From assembly GCA_965242525.1 (NCBI GenBank), contig OZ251459.1:928001-992000 (forward strand): a stretch of 64,000 bases of DNA. The letters are read 5' to 3'. Position numbers and translations under genes: made by a program. This DNA comes from an uncultured Candidatus Binatia bacterium (GTDB taxonomy: Bacteria; Desulfobacterota; Binatia; UBA9968; JAJDTQ01). A model generated the notes under the pieces. It saw nothing but the letters and a program-made list of their open reading frames with translations, was not told the origin of the DNA and did not search any database. Positions 56,216-64,000 of this stretch are shown here, piece after piece (within the stretch, counting starts at the first letter, position 1; each line of letters begins with the position of its first letter).

Positions 56216-58434
56216 GCGCCGCGCTCTCCTTCGGCGTCCCGCAGCGAGCGCCACACTCGCTCGGGGGTGAGGGGAAGGTCGCAGACCCGGACCCCGGTGG
56301 CCCGGGCCAGCGCGCCGGTAATGGCCGGCGCCACCGAGAAGATGCCGCCTTCCCCCATGCCCCGGCTGCCGTAGGGGCCCAGCCCGTCGCCGTTCTCCAC
56401 CAGCACCGTATGGAAGCCCCGAGGCATGTCCGAGAACGAGGGGATGCGGTAGTCCACCAGCGTCGAGTTGACGAGCTGCCCGCCTTCGTGGACCATCTGC
56501 TCGAACAGGGAGTGGCCGATGCCCATCATGGCGGCGCCTTCCTCCTGCCCCTCGCACTGGATGGGGTTGATGGCCTTGCCCACGTCGGCCACCGACAGGT
56601 AGTCGGCCACGGAGACGGCCCCGGTGTCGCGGTCGATGTCCAGCTCCACCGCGCCCATGCCCACCTCCCACACCACCGGCAGCACGTCCCCGATGATCTC
56701 CGGTCCCACCGTGCCCACGCCGATGAGCTCGCCCGCGGGGGCGCCGAAGCGTTTCTCCAGCGCCTCGGCGAACGACATCCTCGCTTCGCCGCAGACCAGC
56801 GCCCCGTCCATCAGCCGGACCTGGCCGGGACGCGCGCCGAAGACCCCGGCGCCGATCTTCCGTAGCTGGCGTTTCACGTCCCGGGCCGCGGCCTGCACCG
56901 CCCGGCCCATGAGCGTGGTGGAGCGGCTGGAGCCGGTGGAGCGGTCGTAGGGAGTGACCGCGGTGTCCGCCCCGGACGTGCGGATGCGCTCCGGCGGCAG
57001 TTGCAGCTCCTCCCCCACGAGCTGGGAGAGCACGGTGCGGACCCCCTGTCCCATCTCGGTGCTGCCGGCCATGACCGCGGCGGCCCCGTCCGCCTGGAGC
57101 CGCACCATGGCCACGGTGATGGGCTGGCCGCCGGCGTTGGTCATGCCGCAGGCCAGCCCCACCGGCGCGCCGGCCTCTCCCGAACGCTTCTTCCACCGGC
57201 TGGCTGTGACCAGGCGCCGCAACGTCCCGGCCAAGTCCACGTCCAGGGGCCGCAGCCCCGGACGAAGCACCTCGCCCCGCCCGAGCAGGTTCCCGAGACG
57301 GAGCTCCGCGGGGTCCATGCCGAGGCTCTCCGCGATCATGTTCATCTGGCTCTCGCCGGCGAATATGGACTGGGGCCCGCCGATGGAGCGGAAGGAGCCG
57401 GCTCCCCCGGTGTGGGTATGGACCGCATAGGCGTCCGTGCGGATGTGGGGGATGCGGTAGGGCCCGATGACCCGCGTGGCGGCCCGGGCCGCCACCTGGG
57501 GGCCGTTGTCCATGTAGGCGCCCGTGTCCAGATGGATCTCCGCCTCCCGCGCCATGATCGTCCCGTCCTGCCGGACGCCGGTCTTCAGGCGGATGCGGGC
57601 GCTGTGCCGCCGCACCGTGACCATGGCCTCCGGCACCGACAGGCACACGCGCACGGGGCGGCCCGCCTTGCGCGAGGCCGCCACTACCAGGGGCTCGATC
57701 TTGGCGTAGGACTTGCCGCCGAAGCCGCCGCCGAGGTAGGGGACTTCGAGGCTCACCTTGCTGGCGGGGAACCCGAAGATGCGCGCCAGGTCCGCCTGCA
57801 CCAGGAACGGATGCTGCGCGGACGACCACAGCCGGATGCCGTCGTTGCGGTAGTCGGCGATGACCCCGTGGGGCTCCATGGAGTAGTGGTAGATCATGGG
57901 GAAGGTGAAGCGGTGCTCGAACACGCGGTCCGATTGGGCGAAGCCCACCGCCACGTCGCCGCGCTCCACGCGCTCGTGGCCGCAGACGTTGCCGCTCCGG
58001 TCCGCGTGCACCCGCGGCGCGTCCGGGGCCAGCGCCTGCTCCAGGGTCACCGCCGCGGGCAACTCGCGATAGACCACGCTGACCGCGGACGCGGCCTGCT
58101 CCGCGGTGAGCGGGTCCTCGGCCGCTACCACCGCCACCGGTTCGCCCGCGTAACGGACCCGTTCCAGCGCGATGAGCGGACGACCGTTGAAATGGGGGTC
58201 CAGGTCGGCCACGTCCCGGCCGGTGAGCACGCCGGCGACTCCGGGCAGTTTCTCCGCGACCCCAGTATCCACCTCCTCGATGAGCGCGTGGGGGTGGTGG
58301 CTGCGCAGGACGTGGCCGTACAGCATGCCCGGGACCTCCAGGTCCCCGACGTATCGGGCCCTGCCCGTCACCTTGTCGAAGCCATCCACCCTGCGGGCGT
58401 TGGCGCCCACGAACTTGAGATCACGGTCTGCCAT
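56212..58434 (-). CDS. Xanthine dehydrogenase-family molybdopterin-binding subunit
   Basis: RVDG..KVTG.ARY, LRS..PHA, MEPH, GGGFGGK, FRSIG, TEMGQG, GSSRST, GMGEG. Confidence 0.92.
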   Translation of the reverse strand: MADRDLKFVGANARRVDGFDKVTGRARYVGDLEVPGMLYGHVLRSHHPHALIEEVDTGVAEKLPGVAGVLTGRDVADLDPHFNGRPLIALERVRYAGEPVAVVAAEDPLTAEQAASAVSVVYRELPAAVTLEQALAPDAPRVHADRSGNVCGHERVERGDVAVGFAQSDRVFEHRFTFPMIYHYSMEPHGVIADYRNDGIRLWSSAQHPFLVQADLARIFGFPASKVSLEVPYLGGGFGGKSYAKIEPLVVAASRKAGRPVRVCLSVPEAMVTVRRHSARIRLKTGVRQDGTIMAREAEIHLDTGAYMDNGPQVAARAATRVIGPYRIPHIRTDAYAVHTHTGGAGSFRSIGGPQSIFAGESQMNMIAESLGMDPAELRLGNLLGRGEVLRPGLRPLDVDLAGTLRRLVTASRWKKRSGEAGAPVGLACGMTNAGGQPITVAMVRLQADGAAAVMAGSTEMGQGVRTVLSQLVGEELQLPPERIRTSGADTAVTPYDRSTGSSRSTTLMGRAVQAAARDVKRQLRKIGAGVFGARPGQVRLMDGALVCGEARMSFAEALEKRFGAPAGELIGVGTVGPEIIGDVLPVVWEVGMGAVELDIDRDTGAVSVADYLSVADVGKAINPIQCEGQEEGAAMMGIGHSLFEQMVHEGGQLVNSTLVDYRIPSFSDMPRGFHTVLVENGDGLGPYGSRGMGEGGIFSVAPAITGALARATGVRVCDLPLTPERVWRSLRDAEGERGA

Positions 58435-58550
58435 GATGATGCCTTTTCCACCGGGCCGCGGGGTCGGACCCAAGGCCGGCGGGCGGTTTGCGCGAGGCTG
58501 CCCGGGAGCGCAGCGGAGGGGAGGGGCCGGGACCCTCCGGCCTCGCGCCC

Positions 58551-59579
58551 TCAGAAGCCGTACAGGGCCCGGGGGTTGTCGTCCAGGATACGGGCCACCG
58601 AAGCGGGGCTCACCTTGCCGTCGTCCCTGAGCTTCTGCAGCGCCTCGATCTCGCTGGACGTGTCGTGGTGTCCGTAGTCCGTGCCGATGACGATGTTGTG
58701 GTCCCCCGTGTACTCCAGGACGTAGTCCAGGTCGTCGTCGGTCTGGCAGGCCACGAAGATGCGGCTGTCCTCGAGGAAGCTGCGGGACAGCTCGACGCCG
58801 CGCTTCTGCCGGAAGCGTTTGGCCAGGTCGTGGAACACGTAGGGGACCCACTGGGCGCTGACTTCGATGAAGCCGATGCGCAGCCTGGGGAACCGCTCCG
58901 GAACCCGCTCCCAGACCACCGAGTGGAAGGCGCCCACCACCGCGAGCTTGAACTTGTTGAAACCGGGCTCGCCGAAGAAGAGGTCGTGCTGCGTGAAGCT
59001 GCCGGTGGCCGAGTGCACGCACAGGGGCACGTCGGCGTCGCTCAGGGCTTCGTACAGCGGGGCGAAGTAGGGGTCGCTGAGACGCCGGTCGCCCACGAGC
59101 CCGGGGACGAACACGCCGCAGGCGCCGTACCCGAGCATCTCGTCCAGCTCCTTCAGCGCTTCGTCCATGCTCCGCAGCGGCAGCACCGCGGTCCACCGGA
59201 GGCGCTCCCGGCCCGCCTTCCAGATGTCGCACAACCAACGGTTGTAGCTCTTGAACAGGGCCATCTCCACCTCGGGCTTGTCCGTGACCGGGCGCAGGAA
59301 GATGGTGGGGTAGAGCACCTGCATGGACACGCCCATCTCGTCCATGTGGCGCAGGCGGGAGGCCACGTCGGACATCTCCCGGGACTCTTCCGGGGTGTCC
59401 CGGCCCACGTTGTCCGATTTGGCGTGGAGCCGGCCGTCCACCAGCCAGTACTCGCCCGTGCCCCCCGAGTCGGTATGGGAGGTCACGACCTGCGGACGGA
59501 GCGCCTTTTCCGCCCCCTCCATGTATTCCCAGGTCCGGTGGGTCTCCAGTACGTGTGCGTCTGCGTCGATGACCGCCAT
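58551..59579 (-). CDS. Amidohydrolase_2 family protein
   Basis: VIDADAH, FPRLRIGFIE, GTDYGH. Confidence 0.9.
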   Translation of the reverse strand: MAVIDADAHVLETHRTWEYMEGAEKALRPQVVTSHTDSGGTGEYWLVDGRLHAKSDNVGRDTPEESREMSDVASRLRHMDEMGVSMQVLYPTIFLRPVTDKPEVEMALFKSYNRWLCDIWKAGRERLRWTAVLPLRSMDEALKELDEMLGYGACGVFVPGLVGDRRLSDPYFAPLYEALSDADVPLCVHSATGSFTQHDLFFGEPGFNKFKLAVVGAFHSVVWERVPERFPRLRIGFIEVSAQWVPYVFHDLAKRFRQKRGVELSRSFLEDSRIFVACQTDDDLDYVLEYTGDHNIVIGTDYGHHDTSSEIEALQKLRDDGKVSPASVARILDDNPRALYGF

Positions 59580-59599
59580 GATGAACCTCCAGCGTAACG

Positions 59600-60337
59600 T
59601 CAGGTCGTTTCCGGTACTTCCGACGGCCCCAGCAGCGCGGGGAGCTCGCCGAGTCGGTGGATGTGGATGACGCCGCCCCGGCGCTCGCCCCCGCGGCGCA
59701 ACAGCACGGGTCGGACCCCCGCCCGCAAGGCCCCTTCGACGTCGGTCTCCGGGCTGTCGCCCACGTGCATGGCCTCGTCCGGCGCGACGCCGTGCCGTTC
59801 CAGGGCCAGGCGGAAGATCCCCGGGGCCGGCTTGGCGAAACCCGCGCTGGCCGAGAGGAACACCGAGTCGAAACAGTCCGCGACGCCCAGCCCCCGGATG
59901 ATCCCCAGCACGCGCGAGTCGAAGTTGGAGATCATGGAGAGGATCAGCCCGCGGCGCTTGAGCGCGTCCAGGGTCGCCCGGGCGTCGTCGTAGAGCGCCC
60001 AGGAGTCGGTCCGGGCGAAGTAGGCGAAGATCTCGTCGAAGTAGTCGTCGAAGCGGGGGAAGGGTCCCGCGGGCTCGAACATGCGCCGCACCACCTCGCG
60101 CCACCAGCCCCGTTCCAGGGTCTCCAGCCGTTCGCCGCCGGGTCGGGGAAACGCCAGGGGCGGGGCGGTGGCGAAGCAGTGGCGGAAACGCCGGGAGACT
60201 TCCTCGAAGGACACGTCCTTGCCGTATCGTCGGGCCGTCTCCGCATAGGTGGCCGCAACGGGTCGGACGGACTCGAACAGGGTTCCCGCGGCGTCGAAGA
60301 ACACCGCCCTGGGCATGGCGACCGGACCGGGAGGCAT
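59600..60337 (-). CDS. HAD-IA hydrolase (REG-2-like)
   Basis: FFDAAGTL, ISNFD, KP.P.IF, HVGDS..DV.GA. Start at 60337 or 60316. Confidence 0.88.
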   Translation of the reverse strand: MPPGPVAMPRAVFFDAAGTLFESVRPVAATYAETARRYGKDVSFEEVSRRFRHCFATAPPLAFPRPGGERLETLERGWWREVVRRMFEPAGPFPRFDDYFDEIFAYFARTDSWALYDDARATLDALKRRGLILSMISNFDSRVLGIIRGLGVADCFDSVFLSASAGFAKPAPGIFRLALERHGVAPDEAMHVGDSPETDVEGALRAGVRPVLLRRGGERRGGVIHIHRLGELPALLGPSEVPETT

Positions 60338-60450
60338 GGGTTTTCGCGTCTTTCCCGAGTATTCGCTATAATCCCCGGGATGGTTCGAGCTCATTATGGA
60401 CCCATGGAGCGGATTTTGTCCAGCGGCCCGCGGTTCCGGGGACGGGGGCG

Positions 60451-61245
60451 TTGCGCGTCCCGGAGTTGACGGAGGAGTTGCGCGCGGCCGAGGGAGCGGC
60501 CCGGGAAGCGGGCGGCATCATCGCGCGGCTCTACCGGGGGCGCTACCAGGTGGAGCGGAAGTCCGACGGCGACCCGGTGACCACCGCGGACACGAGGGCC
60601 AACCGAGCCATCCGCGAGACCCTCGCGGCGCGCTTCCCGGAAGACGCGTGGCTTTCGGAGGAAGACGCGGACGACGCCGGGAGGCTGGAGCGGGAGCGCG
60701 TCTGGATCGTGGACCCGCTGGACGGCACCCGGGAGTTCATCGAGGGGGTCCCGGAGTTCTGCGTCTCCATCGGGCTCGCGCAGCGCGGCTCTCCCGTGTT
60801 GGGGGTGATCTACCATCCCCTCCTGGCGGAGCTCTTCAGCGCCGTCCGGGGCGGCGGCGCCCGGCTGAACGGCGAGCCGTTGCAGCCGCTCCCCGGCGGG
60901 GAGCGCGAGCGGCCGCGCCTGCTGGTCAGCCGCTCCGAACCGCGCCGACGGCTTGCGGACCTGGCCGGGGAGTTCGTCCTCCGGCCCATGGGCAGCATCG
61001 CGTACCGCATGGCCTCGGTGGCCGGAGGACGGGCGGACGCCACCGTGACGTTCCGCCGGGTCAGGGAATGGGACGTGTGCGCCGGCGTCGCCGTGGTCGA
61101 GGCCGCGGGCGGATGGGCCGCGGACGGGCGCGGGGAGCGGCCGGCCTTCAACCGGTCGAAGCCGGTGCTGGACCGGCTCGTGGCCGCAGGCAAGGGGCCG
61201 CGCGCGAAGGTCCGGGCGCTGCTGGACCGGTCGCCGGCGCCGTAG
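60451..61245 (+). CDS. cysQ: 3'(2'),5'-bisphosphate nucleotidase CysQ / inositol monophosphatase family
   Basis: PVTTAD, LSEE, WIVDPLDGTREF, VSRS, MGS, EWDVCAG. TTG start. Confidence 0.8.
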   Translation: MRVPELTEELRAAEGAAREAGGIIARLYRGRYQVERKSDGDPVTTADTRANRAIRETLAARFPEDAWLSEEDADDAGRLERERVWIVDPLDGTREFIEGVPEFCVSIGLAQRGSPVLGVIYHPLLAELFSAVRGGGARLNGEPLQPLPGGERERPRLLVSRSEPRRRLADLAGEFVLRPMGSIAYRMASVAGGRADATVTFRRVREWDVCAGVAVVEAAGGWAADGRGERPAFNRSKPVLDRLVAAGKGPRAKVRALLDRSPAP

Positions 61246-61261
61246 GGTTTTTTTGGGGAAC

Positions 61262-61591
61262 ATGGCGCGCTGCATCTATTGCGGGGAAGGGGCCGGCCTG
61301 TGGGCCCGGAGTTGCCGGGACTGCCGGCGGCTGGAGGAGACGGCCCGGACCCATGCGGGCCAGGTGGGTTTCAGCGAGCTGCTGGACCGGCTGGAGGAGA
61401 CCGGGGTCCCGCCCGAGAAGATCATGCGCTTCCTCAAGGCCGACCCGGACGGCCGCGGCAGCGTGCGGGACCGTTTGACCGCGGACATGACCAACGAGCT
61501 GTTGAAGGTCATGGGAATCAACGAACGGCAGACCCCGGGAGACGTGGAACGCATCCGCAAGGGCGGCGAGAAAGCCTCGGGTCCCAAGTGA
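61262..61591 (+). CDS. Hypothetical protein with N-terminal CxxC...CxxC zinc ribbon
   Basis: CIYC...CRDC; GGGGA RBS; fills the gap within the operon. Confidence 0.65.
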   Translation: MARCIYCGEGAGLWARSCRDCRRLEETARTHAGQVGFSELLDRLEETGVPPEKIMRFLKADPDGRGSVRDRLTADMTNELLKVMGINERQTPGDVERIRKGGEKASGPK

Positions 61592-61652
61592 CGCCCCCGA
61601 CCCGGGAGGCTTCCGGCGTTCCGCCGCGGCGCCCGCGGCCCCATTCCGCCCC

Positions 61653-62141
61653 ATGGAACTGACCCTCTACCTGTCCGTCCTGTTCCTGGGCGCGTACCTC
61701 GCGGCCCTGGCCGTGCGCAGGCTGCGTTTCCGGCGCGACCGCAGGCGCATGGAGCGGGATGCGCGTTCCGGCGGCAAGGTGGTCGCCGGAGTGGACGAGC
61801 TGCCTTCGGGCCAGGTGAAGAAGTTCTGGCTCATCTGCGGGAAGCACCGCATCGACTGTTTCGTGGTCAACCACCGCGGCCGGTTCCGGGCCTACGTCAA
61901 CAGTTGCCGCCATATGGTGACGCCGCTGGACTTCGTCCGCTACAGCTTCTTCAGCGAGGACGGCCGGCACTTGGCGTGCGCCACCCACGGCGCCCTCTAC
62001 GAGCCGGACACGGGCTTGTGCGTGGACGGTCCGTGCAAGGGCCTTTCGCTGCACCGGCTGCCCGTGGTTGTGGACCGGGGCGCGGTCGTTGTACGTTGCC
62101 CGGAAGGGGACCTGTCGTTCCTGAGGGAGATGGCGGACTGA
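61653..62141 (+). CDS. Rieske [2Fe-2S] protein with N-terminal TM anchor
   Basis: NSCRH...CATHGA.Y...TGLC..GPC.G. Confidence 0.85.
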   Translation: MELTLYLSVLFLGAYLAALAVRRLRFRRDRRRMERDARSGGKVVAGVDELPSGQVKKFWLICGKHRIDCFVVNHRGRFRAYVNSCRHMVTPLDFVRYSFFSEDGRHLACATHGALYEPDTGLCVDGPCKGLSLHRLPVVVDRGAVVVRCPEGDLSFLREMAD

Positions 62142-62203
62142 CCACGCGCTCCGGGACCGGATACGGAAACAGGGCCACTGGCGAAAGGAAACCGGACGAA
62201 CCC

Positions 62204-62587
62204 ATGCCGCGGCGTCCCACAGGCAGGAAGATCGGGCGCAGGGAGGACTTCCCCGACGGCAGCAGCCGGAAGTTCACGCTCCGTTGCCGCGGCGAAAGCC
62301 TGGAGGGGTTCGCCTTCGGCTTCCGGGGGCGGCTGTTCGCCTACGTGAACCGCTGCCGCCACGTGCCGCTGCCCATGGATTGGGTCGATAACCGGTTCTT
62401 CACCGAGGACCAACGCCACCTCGTGTGCGCCAACCACGGCGCCCTCTACGAGCCCGCCACCGGCGAGTGCCTCTGGGGGCCTTGCGCCGGGGCGTGGCTG
62501 CGGAAGATCCCCCTGCGGGTGGAGGCGGGCGCGGTGCGGGCGTTCTGTCCCGAAGACGACCGAGGGGAGGCAAGGGAAAGTGGCTGA
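62204..62587 (+). CDS. Rieske [2Fe-2S] ferredoxin-like protein
   Basis: NRCRH...CANHGA.Y...TGEC..GPC.G. Confidence 0.85.
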   Translation: MPRRPTGRKIGRREDFPDGSSRKFTLRCRGESLEGFAFGFRGRLFAYVNRCRHVPLPMDWVDNRFFTEDQRHLVCANHGALYEPATGECLWGPCAGAWLRKIPLRVEAGAVRAFCPEDDRGEARESG

Positions 62588-62924
62588 CTGCCTGTTCTGC
62601 GGCATCGCAAGCGGGGAGGTCCCCGCGGACGTCGTCCATGACGACGAATGGGTGCTCGCCTTCCGGGACATCGACCCCAAGGCGCCGGTGCACCTGCTGA
62701 TCATCCCGCGAAAGCACATCGCCAGCGTCATGGAGCTGGAGCCGGAAGACGGCGAGGCCATGGGCCGCGCCATGCTGGCGGCCCGGCGGCTCGCCCGCGA
62801 GAACGGCCTGTCCGAACGGGGGTTCCGTATCGCGGTGAACTGCGGACCCGACGCCGGCCAGAGCGTCTCCCACGTCCATCTCCATCTCCTGGGGGGCAGG
62901 GCGCTGGGTTGGCCGCCCGGGTGA
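62580..62924 (+). CDS. Histidine triad nucleotide-binding protein (HinT/PKCI-like)
   Basis: DCLFC.I, FRDI.PKAPVH, GQSV.HVHLHLLGGR...WPPG. Confidence 0.93.
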   Translation: MADCLFCGIASGEVPADVVHDDEWVLAFRDIDPKAPVHLLIIPRKHIASVMELEPEDGEAMGRAMLAARRLARENGLSERGFRIAVNCGPDAGQSVSHVHLHLLGGRALGWPPG

Positions 62925-63031
62925 CGGGAGACCCAGTCCGCCGCCTGAGGCAAAGGGTTCGGACCGGAGCGCCCGGCCCGGCGCGGGCAAGGCCCCGGCC
63001 GGACGCTCCTCGAAAAAGGACGAGCGAAGAC

Positions 63032-63592
63032 ATGATCAACGCGACGCAGCTTCGGACCGGGATGGTCATCCTCTACGAGGGCGAGCCCTACCGGGTGACG
63101 GCCGTCAGGCACCTCACCCCCGGAAAGGGCCACGGCTTCATGCAGACCAAGCTCAAGAGCCTGCGCACCGGGGCGGGCGCCGAGCACAAGTTCCGCTCCG
63201 ACGACAGGGTCGATCGGGCAACGCTGGAAAGCCGCGAGATGCAGTACCTCTATGCGGAGGGCGACCTCCACACCTTCATGGACACCGAGAGCTACGAGCA
63301 GACCGAGCTCTCGTCCGAAGACGTGGGCGGCGTGCTGCCGTACCTGCTGCCCACCCACGTGGTGAACGTCGAGACGTTCGAGGGCAGTCCGGTGGGGGTG
63401 AGCTTCGCCTCGGCCGTGGAGCTGGAGGTGGTGGAGACGGAACCCTCCCTGAAAGGCGCCACCGCCTCGGCCTCCTACAAGCCCGCCAAGCTGGAGACCG
63501 GGGTGACCGTGCAGGTGCCGCCGTTCATCCAGGTGGGCGACCGGATTCGGGTGGATCCGTCGGAAGGAAAATATATCGAGCGGGCGAAATAG
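63032..63592 (+). CDS. efp: Elongation factor P
   Basis: TPGKG loop, MQYLY, FMD.E.YEQ, KPAKLETG..V.VPPFI. Confidence 0.95.
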   Translation: MINATQLRTGMVILYEGEPYRVTAVRHLTPGKGHGFMQTKLKSLRTGAGAEHKFRSDDRVDRATLESREMQYLYAEGDLHTFMDTESYEQTELSSEDVGGVLPYLLPTHVVNVETFEGSPVGVSFASAVELEVVETEPSLKGATASASYKPAKLETGVTVQVPPFIQVGDRIRVDPSEGKYIERAK

Positions 63593-64000
63593 CCGCGACC
63601 GCTTCCCAGACTTTGGCCACGGCCTCCCGCAGGTCCGGGAGGGAGCCGTCGTTCTCGATGACGAAGTCGGCCAACCGCCGCTTCTCCGCCAGGGGCATCT
63701 GCGCTTCCAGGTGCCTTTGGATGTCGGCGTCCCCGAGACCGTCCCGCCGGCGCAGGCGCTGCTCCTGGGTCTTCCGGGCGCAGGCCACCAGTATGACCGG
63801 ACGGAGCCAGTGATGGATCTTCGCCTCGAACAGGAGCGGCGCGTCATAGACCACGAACTCGGAGTCCCGGGAGCGCTCGAGGATGCGCTCCCGGGCCAGA
63901 GCGCGGATCCTGGGATGGGTGACGGCTTCCAGGCGCTTGCGGCTGGCCGGGTCCCGGAAGACCATCCGGCGCAGGTGCGCCCGGTCCAGGGTCTCGTCCG
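63525..64000 (-). CDS. coaE: Dephospho-CoA kinase (5' part lies outside the window)
   Basis: LDRAHL...VF.DP..RKRLE.VTHP, DAPLLFE, RLRRRDG, AQMP, ADFVIEN.G. Confidence 0.9.
   Translation of the reverse strand, partial: DETLDRAHLRRMVFRDPASRKRLEAVTHPRIRALARERILERSRDSEFVVYDAPLLFEAKIHHWLRPVILVACARKTQEQRLRRRDGLGDADIQRHLEAQMPLAEKRRLADFVIENDGSLPDLREAVAKVWEAVAAISPARYIFLPTDPPESGRPPG

Noticed and set aside
63110-63140. Unusual EF-P modification loop
   Set aside because: PGKG with the canonical Lys is present, and no modification enzyme gene is in view.

Overview
High-GC bacterial chromosome segment. The gene content (five amidohydrolase_2 paralogs, a tripartite tricarboxylate transporter, a peptide-type ABC transporter, maleate-isomerase-like proteins, a xanthine dehydrogenase-family subunit) resembles Binatia/Deltaproteobacteria-type genomes; this placement is inference. 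The dominant feature is a ~23.7 kb head-to-tail array (about 10486-34159) of 11 intact, closely related ~700-720 aa genes lying between pgsA and tRNA-Gly(GCC). They encode ~11-TM GT-C-like (ArnT/PMT-type) membrane proteins with a soluble C-terminal region. The membrane core is almost invariant, while about 7 short segments predicted to be extracytoplasmic are hypervariable, and their alleles are shuffled between near and distant copies. This is a candidate recombination-diversified surface-modification repertoire. Other points: a Bpu10I-family restriction-modification pair flanked by a 102-bp direct repeat that contains CCTCAGC, an archaeal-looking ITPase (RdgB), a dispersed REP-like repeat family, an IS4 remnant, tRNA-Met(CAT), and housekeeping genes (thiI, moeB, metF, efp, coaE). 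I saw no CRISPR array, reverse transcriptase or integrase. All assignments come from reading motifs by eye; no searches were run.
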